DNA from: Thiothrix sp. | Lineage (GTDB): Bacteria > Pseudomonadota > Gammaproteobacteria > Poriferisulfidales > GCA-002705445 | Length of the DNA: 64,000 bases | Assembly (NCBI GenBank): GCA_038141665.1 | Contig: JAYQIN010000002.1 | Location: 3,604 to 67,603 of the forward strand | Reading direction: 5' to 3' | Part shown: positions 34,025 to 45,239 of the stretch, in pieces | Position numbering within the stretch: position 1 is the stretch's first letter | How the letters are laid out: each line of letters begins with the position of its first letter | Program-made: the position numbers and the translations under genes | Notes under the pieces: model-generated | What the model was told of the DNA's origin: nothing | Database searches by the model: none | The model's input: only the letters and a program-made list of their open reading frames with translations

Positions 34025-34342
34025 ATGAATAGATTAAAAAAAGGTGACCAGGTTTATATTATTTCTGGCAAAGACAAGGGAAAACTAGGAACAATTTCTC
34101 AAGTTGTAAATGAAGAGCGAATTTTAGTGGATGGTATTAACATGGCAAAAAAACATGTTAAGCCAAATCCAAATAAAAATGAAACTGGTGGAGTTGTAGA
34201 AAAAGAAATGCCAATACATATATCAAATGCAATGATATATAACGTAAAGACAAAAAAGCCAGACAGAGTTGGGATTTTAAAATTAAAAAATGATAAGAAG
34301 GTTAGGGTTTACAAATCAACAGGGGAACAGATTGATTTATGA
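34025..34342 (+). CDS. rplX: 50S ribosomal protein L24
   Basis: 105 aa KOW. Confidence 0.9.
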   Translation: MNRLKKGDQVYIISGKDKGKLGTISQVVNEERILVDGINMAKKHVKPNPNKNETGGVVEKEMPIHISNAMIYNVKTKKPDRVGILKLKNDKKVRVYKSTGEQIDL

Positions 34343-34881
34343 GTAGCAGACTAAAAAAAATTTATAACGAGGAAATAAAAAATTCATTACAAGAAAAAAT
34401 GAAATACAAATCCTCTATGGAAATACCTTCTATAAGAAAGATCACAATAAATGTTGGGCTTGGGCAAGCTGTAAAAGAAAAAAAAGTAATTGAACAGGCT
34501 GTAGGTGATATTGAAAAAATTACTGGGCAGAAGCCAATAGTAACAAAAGCAAAAAAATCTATTGCAGCGTTTAGTTTAAGAGAAGGAATGCCAATTGGGT
34601 GCAAAGTTACTTTAAGAAAAGACAGAATGTATGAATTTTTGGATCGTTTAATAACTATAGCTATTCCAAGAATTAGAGATTTTAGAGGTTTTTCTAAAAA
34701 ATCATTCGATGGAAGAGGTAATTATACTTTAGGAATTAAAGAACAAATTATTTTCCCTGAAATTGATTATGAAAAGATAGACAGTATTAGAGGCCTAGAT
34801 ATTGCAATTACAACATCTGCAAAAAACGACGATGAGGCCAGATTATTACTTGAAGAATTTAACTTTCCTTTTAGGAGATAA
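34339..34881 (+). CDS. rplE: 50S ribosomal protein L5
   Basis: 180 aa. Confidence 0.9.
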   Translation: MSSRLKKIYNEEIKNSLQEKMKYKSSMEIPSIRKITINVGLGQAVKEKKVIEQAVGDIEKITGQKPIVTKAKKSIAAFSLREGMPIGCKVTLRKDRMYEFLDRLITIAIPRIRDFRGFSKKSFDGRGNYTLGIKEQIIFPEIDYEKIDSIRGLDIAITTSAKNDDEARLLLEEFNFPFRR

Positions 34882-34883
34882 AT

Positions 34884-35189
34884 ATGGCTAAAGCATCCAT
34901 GATAGAAAGAGAAAAGAAAAGAATAAAGTTAAGTAAAAAACTTTTTGAAAAAAGAAGAGTATTAAAAGAAATATTGAATAGCCAAGATGCTTCAATAGAT
35001 GAAAAACTTGAGGCATCAATGAAATTACAAAAGCTTCCAAGAGATTCAAGTTTAAGCAGAGTAACAAACAGATGCGCAATAACAGGAAGACCAAAAGGAT
35101 TTTATAGAAAGTTTGGATTAGGAAGAATTAAAGTGAGAGAGGCTGCAATGAGAGGAGATATTCCGGGACTAGTTAAAGCTAGTTGGTAA
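34884..35189 (+). CDS. rpsN: 30S ribosomal protein S14
   Basis: 101 aa. Confidence 0.9.
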   Translation: MAKASMIEREKKRIKLSKKLFEKRRVLKEILNSQDASIDEKLEASMKLQKLPRDSSLSRVTNRCAITGRPKGFYRKFGLGRIKVREAAMRGDIPGLVKASW

Positions 35190-35202
35190 TGGAGAAAATA
35201 TT

Positions 35203-35601
35203 ATGAGCATGAGTGATCCAATAGCAGGAATGCTAACAATAATAAGAAATGGACAAATGGTGAATAAAACCTTTGTTTGTACTGATATGTCCAAAACAAA
35301 AGAATCAATATTGTCAGTGCTAAAAGATGAGGGTTACATACTTGACTATGAGGTCAAAGATACAGAAAACAACAAGAAAAGATTAAAAATTAAACTAAAA
35401 TATTTTCAAGGAAAGCCAGTAATTAGTAATATAAAAAGAATAAGTAAGCCAAGTTTAAGAATATATAAAAGTAAAAACGACCTGCCTAAGGTGTTGAATG
35501 GCCTAGGAGTAGCAATAGTTTCAACTTCAAAGGGAGTTATGACTGCGGATGCTGCTAGGAAAGAAAATTCTGGCGGTGAAATTTTATGTACAGTGGAGTA
35601 A
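35203..35601 (+). CDS. rpsH: 30S ribosomal protein S8
   Basis: 132 aa. [17 protein letters not shown]. Confidence 0.9.
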   Translation: MSMSDPIAGMLTIIRNGQMVNKTFVCTDMSKTKESILSVLKDEGYILDYEVKDTENNKKRLKIKLKYFQGKPVISNIKRISKPSLRIYKSKNDLPKVLNGLGVAIVSTSKGVMTADAARKENSGGEILCTVE

Positions 35602-35605
35602 TAAA

Positions 35606-36130
35606 TTGTCAAGAGTAGCGAAAAAACCTGTTCAAATTCCAAATGGTGTTGATATAACCATTAAAGATAATTTGATTTCATTTAAGGGCCCAAAAGGCGA
35701 AATGTCGATGGGTTTACATGACAGCGTTCAGATAAAAAAAGATGATAGTGTTATTACCGTAGAGATTAATGAAAAAAATAGCGCTATGGCTGGAACCATG
35801 AGATCACTTATAAACAACAATATTGTAGGTGTTAGTGAAGGATATGAAAAGAAATTAAACCTTGTTGGCGTGGGGTACAAAGCAGAAGTGAAAGATAAGA
35901 AATTGCATTTAGCTTTAGGCTTTTCTCACCCAGTAGTTTATGAATATGAAAGTGAGATTGAAATAACAACACCTTCGCCTACAGAAATTGTAGTTAAAGG
36001 TATAAATAAACAAAGAGTAGGACAGATTTCAGCAGAAATAAGAGCTTTTAGACCACCAGAGCCTTATAAAGGCAAAGGTGTGAAATATAGTGACGAAAAT
36101 ATAATTAGAAAAGAGGCTAAAAAGAAATAG
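35606..36130 (+). CDS. rplF: 50S ribosomal protein L6 (TTG start, GGAG Shine-Dalgarno)
   Basis: (M)SRVAKKPVQIPNGVDITIKDN... The ORF-track start at 35549 is upstream read-through inside rpsH. Confidence 0.85.
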   Translation: MSRVAKKPVQIPNGVDITIKDNLISFKGPKGEMSMGLHDSVQIKKDDSVITVEINEKNSAMAGTMRSLINNNIVGVSEGYEKKLNLVGVGYKAEVKDKKLHLALGFSHPVVYEYESEIEITTPSPTEIVVKGINKQRVGQISAEIRAFRPPEPYKGKGVKYSDENIIRKEAKKK

Positions 36131-36132
36131 AA

Positions 36133-36483
36133 ATGAAAAATAAGCATGCAAGACTAAAGTCAGCAAAAAAAATAAGATCTAAAATTTTGCCAAGTGAAAA
36201 GCACAGATTGACTGTATTCAAGACAGCTATGCATACGTATGCTCAACTATATTCTCCTGCAGGGGAAATCGTAGTTTCAGCCTGTACTTTAGAAAAAAGT
36301 ATAATAAGCAAAAAAGAACATACTGGAAATATTGAAACAGCAAAAATTATAGGAAAAGTAATAGCTGAAAGAGCTATTAAAAAAAATGTAACAGAGGTTG
36401 CATTTGATAGAAGTGGTTTTAATTATCATGGAAGGATTAAAGCGCTAGCTGAGTCTGCTAGAGAAAGTGGATTAAAATTTTAA
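36133..36483 (+). CDS. rplR: 50S ribosomal protein L18
   Basis: 116 aa. Confidence 0.9.
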   Translation: MKNKHARLKSAKKIRSKILPSEKHRLTVFKTAMHTYAQLYSPAGEIVVSACTLEKSIISKKEHTGNIETAKIIGKVIAERAIKKNVTEVAFDRSGFNYHGRIKALAESARESGLKF

Positions 36484-36495
36484 CAGAGAAAAAAA

Positions 36496-37023
36496 ATGTC
36501 AACAAATATAGATAAATACCAAGGCAGTGAAGAATTATTAGAAAAGCTAGTAAAGGTTAATCGTGTTGCTAAAGTTGTTAAAGGTGGAAGGCAATTTGGT
36601 TTTACTGCATTAACTGTTGTGGGCGATGGAAATGGAAGAATTGGTTTTGGTTATGGCAAGGCTAAAGAAGTACCATTGGCAATACAAAAAGCTATGGAAA
36701 AAGCGAGAAGAGATATGACAAAAGTATCAATTATAAATAGTACTCTACATTATCCCTTAGTAGGCAAACATGGTGCAGCAAGAGTTTATATGCAGCCAGC
36801 ATCTGATGGTACTGGAATTATTGCTGGTGGAGCAATGAGAGCAGTGTTTGAAGTTGTCGGTATAAATAATGTTTTGGCAAAATGCATCGGAACAACAAAC
36901 CCAATAAATATAGTTAAAGCAACTATTAATGGTTTAAGATCTGTTCAATCTCCGCAATATGTTTCAAACAAACGTGGAAAAACAATAGAACATATTTTAG
37001 GTATAGAAGATGACAAAGATTAA
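36496..37023 (+). CDS. rpsE: 30S ribosomal protein S5
   Basis: 175 aa. Confidence 0.9.
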   Translation: MSTNIDKYQGSEELLEKLVKVNRVAKVVKGGRQFGFTALTVVGDGNGRIGFGYGKAKEVPLAIQKAMEKARRDMTKVSIINSTLHYPLVGKHGAARVYMQPASDGTGIIAGGAMRAVFEVVGINNVLAKCIGTTNPINIVKATINGLRSVQSPQYVSNKRGKTIEHILGIEDDKD

Positions 37024-37186
37024 AATAACATTAGTAAAAAGCTTGTCCGGAAGATTAAAAGCTCATCAAGCTTGCGCGAAAGGTCTTGGAATAAAAAAAA
37101 TACATAAGACCATAGAGGTAAATGATACGCCTGAAAATATGGGGATGATAAATAAAATTAATTACTTATTAAAAATTGAGAAATAA
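37010..37186 (+). CDS. rpmD: 50S ribosomal protein L30 (below the ORF-track size cutoff)
   Basis: [58 protein letters not shown], 58 aa. Overlaps the rpsE stop by 14 nt. Confidence 0.8.
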   Translation: MTKIKITLVKSLSGRLKAHQACAKGLGIKKIHKTIEVNDTPENMGMINKINYLLKIEK

Positions 37187-37188
37187 CA

Positions 37189-37615
37189 ATGGAACTTAAT
37201 ACAATAGCACCTGAAGTTAAAAAGAAAAATGCCAAAAGAGTTGGAAGGGGAATCGGTTCTGGGAATGGAAAAACCTCAGGAAGAGGCCATAAGGGGCAAA
37301 AATCAAGAGCTGGTGGTTATCATAAAACCGGATTTGAAGGTGGGCAAATGCCCTTGCAAAGAAGATTGCCAAAAGTTGGTTTTCACCTCTAGAAAAGATG
37401 ATACTGCTAGGGTAAGACTTGGCGAACTAGAATTTAATGGAAATGAAAATATTACGATCGATGTTCTTAAAGAAAAGAAAATAATTTCTCACAAAGTAAA
37501 AAATGTAAAAGTTTTTTTATCAGGAGAGATAAAAAATAAAATCAATCTCAAAGGAATTAACGTAACTAGAGGCGCAAGAAAAGTTATAGAAGATTTAGGT
37601 GGAAAAATAACATAA
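37189..37615 (+). CDS. rplO: 50S ribosomal protein L15, apparent 1-bp T insertion in the T-run at 37380-37383
   Basis: [43 protein letters not shown]...[13 protein letters not shown] then, in the next frame, [12 protein letters not shown]...[14 protein letters not shown]. The two ORF-track entries (37189-37392 and 37229-37615) are one gene. Confidence 0.8.
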
Positions 37616-37620
37616 TAATT

Positions 37621-38896
37621 ATGGAAGAATTACGAAAAAGATTATTTTTTGTTTTTGGTGCAATTCTAGTTTATAGAATCGGCACATACATACCAGTACC
37701 TGGAATAAATCCAGCTGCACTAGCTTCTTTTTTTGAGCAACAAAGTGGAACAATAATCGATATGTTTAATATGTTTTCTGGCGGTGCATTAGAGCGTTTC
37801 AGTATTCTTGCTTTAGGAATTATGCCTTACATATCAGCTTCAATTATTATGCAACTAATGTCAGCAACAATGCCAACTCTCAAAGAGATTAAAAAACAAG
37901 GAGAATCAGGAAGAAAGAAAATAACTCAATATACTCGTTTTGGAACATTGGGTTTAGCAACACTTCAGGCTGGAGGAGTTGCAGTTGCTCTTCAATCTCA
38001 AGGTATAGCTTTGTATAGTGGCTCTGGTTTTGTTTTTTCAACAATTGTAACTCTCGTAACTGGAACTATGTTTTTAATGTGGTTGGGCGAGCAAATTTCA
38101 GAAAAAGGCATTGGAAATGGGATATCAATAATTATATTTATAAGTATAGTGTCAGGATTACCAACTGCAGTAGGAGGCACACTAGAGTTAGCAAGCACCG
38201 GAGAGTTAAATTCAGCGCTAGTAGTTATGATTTTAGTATTAGCAATTGCAGTTACAGCATTTGTTGTATTTATAGAGCGAGGACAAAGAAAAATTACTGT
38301 GAATTATGCAAGAAGGCAGCAAGGAAGAAAAATGGTTCAAGCACAGTCCAGTTACTTACCATTAAAACTTAATATGGCAGGAGTTATCCCACCAATCTTT
38401 GCATCAAGTATTATATTATTTCCATCAACATTGGGTCAGTGGGCAGGCTCTGCTGAAAGTATGAGTTGGTTAAAAGACTTATCTTCAACATTAGCTCCAG
38501 GGCAGCCCTTATATGTAACTTTTTATGCTGCGGCAATTATATTTTTCTGTTTTTTCTACACAGCTCTAGTTTATGATTCTCGAGAAACCTCAGATAACTT
38601 AAAGAAATCTGGCGCCTCTATTCCAGGTGTGAGACCAGGAGAACAAACATCTAAATATATAGATAGCGTATTAACAAGGCTTACAGCTGTTGGAGCAATA
38701 TATATAACTTTGGTCTGTCTACTTCCTGAATTTTTAATTATAGGGCCTTAATGTTCCGTTTTACTTTGGGGGAACTTCACTATTGATTATCGTTGTAGTT
38801 ATAATGGATTTTATAGGCCAACTTCAATCGCATATGATGAATTATCAATATGGAAGTTTAATGAAAAAATCTAATTTACAGGGTTATAAAAGATGA
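37621..38896 (+). CDS. secY: preprotein translocase SecY, apparent 1-bp insertion in the GGGCC run near 38743-38747
   Basis: 376-aa ORF ends ...LPEFLIIGP*. The next frame reads (L)[48 protein letters not shown], matching the E. coli SecY C-terminus [20 protein letters not shown]. Confidence 0.8.
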
Positions 38897-39006
38897 AAGT
38901 AAGAGCGTCAGTTAAAAAAATATGTAGAAATTGCAAGATCATAAGAAGAAATAGAGTGATCAGAGTAATATGTGTAAATCCAAGGCACAAACAAAGGCAA
39001 GGATAA
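38893..39006 (+). CDS. rpmJ: 50S ribosomal protein L36
   Basis: [37 protein letters not shown] (37 aa). ATGA overlap with the secY stop. Confidence 0.85.
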   Translation: MKVRASVKKICRNCKIIRRNRVIRVICVNPRHKQRQG

Positions 39007-39064
39007 TAATGATTGAAGAAATCAACCATATTGTTAGAATACAGGACATTTTTTAGGAAAAATT

Positions 39065-39421
39065 ATGGCTAGAATAGCAGGAATAAACGTTTCAGATAAT
39101 AAGCATGCTGTTATTGCTTTACAAGCAATATATGGAATAGGCCCCACTAGAGCGCAAGATATTTGCGAAATATCTAAAATAAAGCCATCTACAAAAATTA
39201 AAGAGTTAACTGAAGCTGAATTAGAAATTTTAAGAACAGAGGTTGCAAAATATAATATTGAAGGTGATCTTAGAAGAGAGGTTACCCTTAACATTAAAAG
39301 ACTAATGGACCTTGGAACTTATAGAGGAATTAGACATAGAAAAGGCCTGCCTTTAAGAGGCCAAAAAACAAAAAATAACTCTAGAACAAGAAAAGGCCCG
39401 AGAAAGGCTATAAGAAAATAA
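39065..39421 (+). CDS. rpsM: 30S ribosomal protein S13
   Basis: 118 aa. Confidence 0.9.
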   Translation: MARIAGINVSDNKHAVIALQAIYGIGPTRAQDICEISKIKPSTKIKELTEAELEILRTEVAKYNIEGDLRREVTLNIKRLMDLGTYRGIRHRKGLPLRGQKTKNNSRTRKGPRKAIRK

Positions 39422-39434
39422 ACAGGATTTTTTA

Positions 39435-39825
39435 ATGGCAAAAACAAACTTAAAAACTAAAAAGAAAAGTAAAAAAGTAGTAAATGACGGCATAGCAGTT
39501 ATTAATTCAACTTTTAACAATACTATTAGTAACCATTACTGATAGACAGGGAAATACACTTTGTTGGGCTACAGCAGGTGGGTCCGGTTTTAGAGGCTCT
39601 AGAAAAAGCACCCCTTTTGCTGCGCAAGTTGCAGCAGAAAAAGCTGGAAATTTAGCAAAAGAATATGGTTTGAAAAATTTAGTAGTTCTAGTTAAAGGGC
39701 CTGGACCAGGAAGAGAGTCAGCTGTTAGAGCATTGAATAATATAGGTTACAAAATTTCAGATATAAACGATGTTACTCCGATTCCACATAATGGTTGTAG
39801 ACCACCTAAAAAAAGGAGAGTATAA
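39435..39825 (+). CDS. rpsK: 30S ribosomal protein S11, apparent 1-bp C insertion at CC 39533-39534
   Basis: [33 protein letters not shown] then, in the next frame, [38 protein letters not shown]...[12 protein letters not shown]. Confidence 0.8.
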
Positions 39826-39827
39826 GA

Positions 39828-40451
39828 GTGGCTAGATATATTGGACCAAAATGTAAGTTAATGAGAAGGGAAGGTACTGATCTCTTGCTAAAAAGCAAAA
39901 GCAGAGCTCTTGACTCTAAATGTAAAATAGACACGCAGCCTGGACACCATGCTGATAAAAAGCCGCGTCTTTCTGATTATGGATTACAGTTAAGAGAAAA
40001 ACAAAAGCTTAAAAGAATATATGGGGTTCTAGAAAAACAATTTAGACTATATTACAAAAGAGCAGCTAGGCAAAATGGTTCAACAGGCGAGAATCTACTT
40101 AAAATACTTGAAAGAAGATTGGATAACGTTGTTTATAGAATGGGATTTGGTAGCACAAGAGCAGAGTCAAGACAGCTTGTAAGTCACAAGTCGATATTAG
40201 TGAATGGTATTACTGTAAACATTGCATCATATCAAGTTTCAGTTGATGACGTTATATCTATTAAAGAGAAGTCTAAGAATCAAATAAGAATTAAGGATTC
40301 TTTAGCTATGAGTGATCAGTTGGGAGCAGTCTCATCATGGATTACTGTAGATAGTAAAAAAATGGAAGGAATTTTTAAATCTATACCTGAAAGAATGGAT
40401 TTACCTTCAGATATAAATGAATCATTAGTAGTTGAATTATATTCTAAATAA
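39828..40451 (+). CDS. rpsD: 30S ribosomal protein S4 (GTG start)
   Basis: 207 aa. Confidence 0.9.
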   Translation: MARYIGPKCKLMRREGTDLLLKSKSRALDSKCKIDTQPGHHADKKPRLSDYGLQLREKQKLKRIYGVLEKQFRLYYKRAARQNGSTGENLLKILERRLDNVVYRMGFGSTRAESRQLVSHKSILVNGITVNIASYQVSVDDVISIKEKSKNQIRIKDSLAMSDQLGAVSSWITVDSKKMEGIFKSIPERMDLPSDINESLVVELYSK

Positions 40452-40466
40452 AAGAGGTGTTTTATC

Positions 40467-41468
40467 GTGTCAAATTTTAATAATTTATTAAAACCAAGAA
40501 TAGTGAATATCGAAGATATAGCATTAAACACAACAAAAGTTACACTTGAGCCTTTAGAGAGAGGATTCGGTCATACTTTAGGAAGTGCTTTGAGAAGAAT
40601 AATGTTATCTTCAATAGTTGGTTCTTCTGTTTCAGAAGTATCAATAGAAGGTGTGCAACACGAGTACAGTACAATTGAAGGCATTCAAGAAGATGTTATC
40701 GATATAATGTTAAATTTAAAAGATGTATCTTTTAAGATGAATGGAAATTCCTCAGCTACTCTTACTTTATCTAAAAATGAAGTCGGGGCAGTTACGGCAG
40801 CTGATATAGAGTTAAAAAATGATATTGAAGTTGTAAACCCAGATCATGTTATAGCAAATATTACAACACCAGGCTCAAAATTAAATATGGAAATTGAAGT
40901 AAATGAAGGCATAGGATATTCATCTGCAGCGCAAAGGTTGCATGATTCAGATAGAAAAGTAGGATCTTTGTTGGTTGACGCAAGTTACAGCCCAATAAAA
41001 AAAGTTTCTTACAAGGTTGATTCCGCGAGAGTTGAACAAAGGACTGATTTAGATAAATTAATAATCGAGTTAGAAACTGATGGCACAATTGAGCCAGAGG
41101 CTTGCATTAGAGAGGCTGCAACAATTTTGCATGACCAAGTTTCAGTATTCGTAGATTTGAAAGCAATTGAAGAAACTGAACAAAAAGAAGTTGAAGCTGA
41201 AATAGATCCGAATTTACTTAGACCAGTTGATGACTTAGAATTGACAGTAAGATCAGCAAATTGTCTAAAAGCCGAAAACGTTTATTATATTGGAGATCTT
41301 ATTCAGAGAAGTGAAAATGAGTTATTAAAAACTCCTAATTTAGGAAAGAAATCTCTTACTGAAATTAAAGATATTCTTGGAACATATGGATTAAGTTTAG
41401 GAATGAAATTAGATAACTGGCCGCCAACAAATCTTAATGATCAAGATAAACAAGTTAAGAAGTTTTAG
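40467..41468 (+). CDS. rpoA: DNA-directed RNA polymerase alpha subunit
   Basis: 333 aa. [48 protein letters not shown]. Confidence 0.95.
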   Translation: MSNFNNLLKPRIVNIEDIALNTTKVTLEPLERGFGHTLGSALRRIMLSSIVGSSVSEVSIEGVQHEYSTIEGIQEDVIDIMLNLKDVSFKMNGNSSATLTLSKNEVGAVTAADIELKNDIEVVNPDHVIANITTPGSKLNMEIEVNEGIGYSSAAQRLHDSDRKVGSLLVDASYSPIKKVSYKVDSARVEQRTDLDKLIIELETDGTIEPEACIREAATILHDQVSVFVDLKAIEETEQKEVEAEIDPNLLRPVDDLELTVRSANCLKAENVYYIGDLIQRSENELLKTPNLGKKSLTEIKDILGTYGLSLGMKLDNWPPTNLNDQDKQVKKF

Positions 41469-41476
41469 GAGAAAAA

Positions 41477-41857
41477 GTGAGACACAAGTATTCTGGAAGA
41501 AAATTAAATAGAACATCATCGCACAGGGCTGCAATGTTTAAAAATATGATGGCTTCATTAATTGAACATGAAGAAATTAAAACAACAGTTCCTAAGGCAA
41601 AAGAATTAAGAGGTTTTGTTGAACGTTTAATTACAATTTCTAAAGTTGATACTATTGCAAAAAGAAGAATAGTTTTTTCTCGAATAAGGTCAAAAGAAGC
41701 TGTTGCAAAACTTTTTAATGAACTTGGGCCAAGATTTAAAGAGAGACCTGGAGGCTACACAAGAGTTTTAAAATGTGGTTTTAGAGCAGGCGATAAAGCC
41801 CCTATGGCTATAATTCAATTAGTAGACAAGAAAGAAGAAGCTATAGAAGAATCATAG
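41477..41857 (+). CDS. rplQ: 50S ribosomal protein L17
   Basis: 126 aa. Confidence 0.9.
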   Translation: MRHKYSGRKLNRTSSHRAAMFKNMMASLIEHEEIKTTVPKAKELRGFVERLITISKVDTIAKRRIVFSRIRSKEAVAKLFNELGPRFKERPGGYTRVLKCGFRAGDKAPMAIIQLVDKKEEAIEES

Positions 41858-44661
41858 AATTTTCTTTAAGTACCTGCCTGTAAATGATTTTTTGTTCTTG
41901 GCGACTAATTCAGGCGATCCTTCAGCAATAATATTTCCACCTTTCATGCCTCCTTCTGGACCCATGTCTATAATCCAATCAGCTGTCTTTATAACATCTA
42001 AATTGTGTTCAATTACAATTATTGTGTTTCCTTTATCTCTTAGTTTATAAATAATTTTCAGCAGCTGGTCAACATCATGTATATGAAGACCAGTAGTTGG
42101 CTCATCAAATATATATACAGTTTTTCCAGTATCTTTTTTTGAAAGCTCTTTAGCTAATTTTACTCTTTGTGCTTCACCACCAGAGAGAGTAGTAGCATTT
42201 TGCCCAACCTTAATATATGACAGACCAACATCTACTAGTGTTTTTAATTTTCTCTTGATAGTAGGAACACTATCAAAAAATTGGTACGCATCTTCTACCG
42301 TCATGTCTAGCACCTCTGAAATATTTTTATTTTTATATAAAATTTCTAAAGTGGAATTATTATACCTTTTACCTTTGCAAATATCACATTGTACATATAT
42401 ATCTGGTAAAAAATGCATTTCAACTTTTATGACTCCATCCCCATGACAAGATTCGCATCTTCCTCCTTTAACATTAAAACTAAATCTCCCAGGATTGTAA
42501 CCTCTTGATCTAGATTCTTGTGTTGCTGCGAATAAATCTCTTATTAAGGTGAAAAGGCCTGTATATGTTGCAGGGTTAGACCTGGGCGTTCTTCCTATTG
42601 GGCTTTGATTTATTTCTATTATTTTATCAAAGTTCTCCCAGCCCTCTATATTTTTTACATCACCATGATTGTTACTATTTTTATTAATTTTATTACTTAG
42701 ATATTTAAAAAGTGTTTCATTTATTAGAGTTGATTTACCTGAGCCTGATACACCTGTTATACAGGTTAATAATCCAATTGGTATTTTAACATCTAAATTT
42801 TTTAAATTATTCGAAGATGCATTTAAAATTTTTAAATTTCTTGAGTTTGGCTTTAGTCTTTCAGTCGGAATTGATATATTTTTTTACCTGACAAATATAA
42901 TCCAGTAATGGAATTACTATTTTTTTCTACTTCTTTAGGAGAACCTTCCGCTACTACTTCTCCGCCATAGGCGCCAGCTCGTGGACCTATATCTATTACA
43001 TAATCAGCAGCTCTAATAGTACACTCATCATGCTCAACAACAATCACAGTGTTACCTAAATCTCTTAATTTATATAAGGTTTCAATTAATTTATCGTTAT
43101 CCCGTTGATGAAGCCCTATAGAAGGCTCATCTAATATATAAGTTACGCCAACTAGACCTGCTCCAATTTGACTAGCAAGCCTAATTCTCTGATTTTCACC
43201 TCCTGATAAAGTCTCAGCACTTCTTTCAAGACTTAAATAATTTAGCCCCACGTTATTTAAAAAGCTTAATCTTGAGAATATTTCTGTAATTAGTTTGTCA
43301 GCAATTTTTTTTCTTTTGCCGGACAAAGAGATATTTTTAAAAAAAAGCAAACATTCATCGATGGGCATTGAGGAAATATCAGTAATATTTTTATCGTTTA
43401 TAAAAACATTTCTAGCATCTTCACTCAATCTAGTACCGTTGCATTCCCCACAAATTTGTTTAGAAAGATATTTATTTAATTCTTCTCTTACGAAATTTGA
43501 CTCTGTGTTATTATATCTTCTTTCAAAATTACTTATTACGCCTTCAAAGCTTTGCATTTTAGTAACTTTTTTTCCGTTATTATTGTAATAAATAAATTTT
43601 ATTTCCTCATTTCCTGTGCCGTATAAAATAGTTTTTTGTACTTTTTTACTTAAAGAGCAAAATGGAACTTCTATATTAAATTTAAAATGTTCTGAAAGCG
43701 ATTTGATAATTTGAAAATAAAATTCGTTCCTTTTATCCCAGCCTTTTATAGATCCAGAGGCCAAACTAAGATCTTCGTTTACAATTTTTTTTTCATCAAA
43801 AAACTGATTTACACCAAGTCCATCGCATGCTTTACATGCTCCCACTGGACTATTAAATGAAAAAAGTCTTGGCTCTAATTCTTGTATACTATAACCGCAT
43901 TTTGGACATGCAAATTTCGATGAATAGCTTTCATCTTTTTTTTTGTCATGCGAGTGAATAATAACTGTATCGTTTTTAAAATTTAACGCTGTCTCTATTG
44001 ATTCTGTAAGTCTTATTTTTGAATTTTTGTTAATTTTTAATCGATCTAACACAAGCTCTATCGTGTTATTTTTTTTTGGATCTATTTTTGGAAGTTCTGA
44101 AATATTATATATTGTTTTATTTATTCTAAGCCTTACGTAACCTCTTATTTTAATATCTTCTATAATATTTTTATGCTCACCTTTTCTGTTATTAATTAAG
44201 GGTGTAAGTATTATTAATGACTCATTTTCTTCATATTTTTCATATAGGTCTTCAACAATTTCTGAGGCAGATTTTCCTTCTAAACTATTTCCATGAGTTG
44301 GACACTTTGGCGCTCCTGCCCTTGCAAAAAGTAATCTTAAATAATCGTGAATTTCTGTAATTGTCCCAACAGTTGATCTAGGATTATGCGAAGTTGTTTT
44401 TTGCTCAATTGATATAGCTGGAGACAGACCTTCTATGTGATCTACTTCTGGTCTTTCCATTCTTGTTAGAAATTGTCGTGCATATGCAGACAAGGATTCA
44501 ACATATCTTCTTTGACCCTCCGCGAAAATAGTATCAAAAGCTAGTGAGGACTTACCGGATCCTGATAGGCCAGTAATAACGATTAACTTATCTCTTGGAA
44601 TAGTTACATCTATATTCTTTAAATTATGGCTTCGTGCGCCCTTAATTACTATATTATGCAT
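41852..44661 (-). CDS. uvrA: excinuclease ABC subunit UvrA, apparent 1-bp deletion in the T7/A7 homopolymer at 42879-42885
   Basis: The 602-aa N-terminal ORF ends ...[16 protein letters not shown]. The next frame continues ...[51 protein letters not shown]...[25 protein letters not shown] into the 188-aa C-terminal ORF. An 8-A run would restore [15 protein letters not shown], colinear with E. coli UvrA. Confidence 0.85.
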
Positions 44662-44770
44662 TTACATATGATATTATTGAATTAACTAACTAGAATATAT
44701 CTACTCTATTAAAAGGTATAGTAATAATTACAAATATATGAATAATATATAATAAAATAGGAGATTTTAA

Positions 44771-45214
44771 ATGGCTGGTGTAAATAAAGTTATAATTTTA
44801 GGAAACTTAGGTGCGGATCCAGAATTAAGATCTTCCCCATCAGGCGTTACAACTTGCAGATTAAGTATAGCTACATCATTGAACTGGACAGATAAGGGGT
44901 CTGGGGAGAAAAAAGAAAAAACAGAGTGGCATAGGGTAGTATTTTTTGGAAGAAGCGCTGAAGTAATAGATCAGTACTTAAAAAAAGGTCAACAACTTTA
45001 TGTTGAAGGAAGACTGCAGACGAGCAAATATGAGAAAGATGGTATTGAAAGATACTCAACAGATATTATAGGAGAATCTTTTAATTTTATTAGCGGCTCT
45101 AATTCATCTGGTCAAAATAACAATCAATTTTCAGATGATATGAATCAAGACAAAAAAAATAGTAATCAACAAAACTCAAGCTCTGATGATTTTGATGATG
45201 ACATACCATTTTAA
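44771..45214 (+). CDS. ssb: single-stranded DNA-binding protein
   Basis: 147 aa, OB fold, acidic tail DDFDDDIPF. Confidence 0.9.
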   Translation: MAGVNKVIILGNLGADPELRSSPSGVTTCRLSIATSLNWTDKGSGEKKEKTEWHRVVFFGRSAEVIDQYLKKGQQLYVEGRLQTSKYEKDGIERYSTDIIGESFNFISGSNSSGQNNNQFSDDMNQDKKNSNQQNSSSDDFDDDIPF

Positions 45215-45239
45215 TAATATAATTATATTTTAAATATAA

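Noticed and set aside
37189-37615. Two separate small genes (37189-37392 and 37229-37615)
   Set aside because: Both are halves of rplO separated by a single T insertion. They are not independent genes.
42669-42908. 79-aa plus-strand ORF in the uvrA gap
   Set aside because: It is antisense to the uvrA middle segment, which reads continuously as UvrA in the minus-strand shifted frame.
44662-44770. SOS (LexA) box between divergent uvrA and ssb
   Set aside because: I looked for CTGT-N8-ACAG and near variants and found none. The spacer is simply AT-rich.
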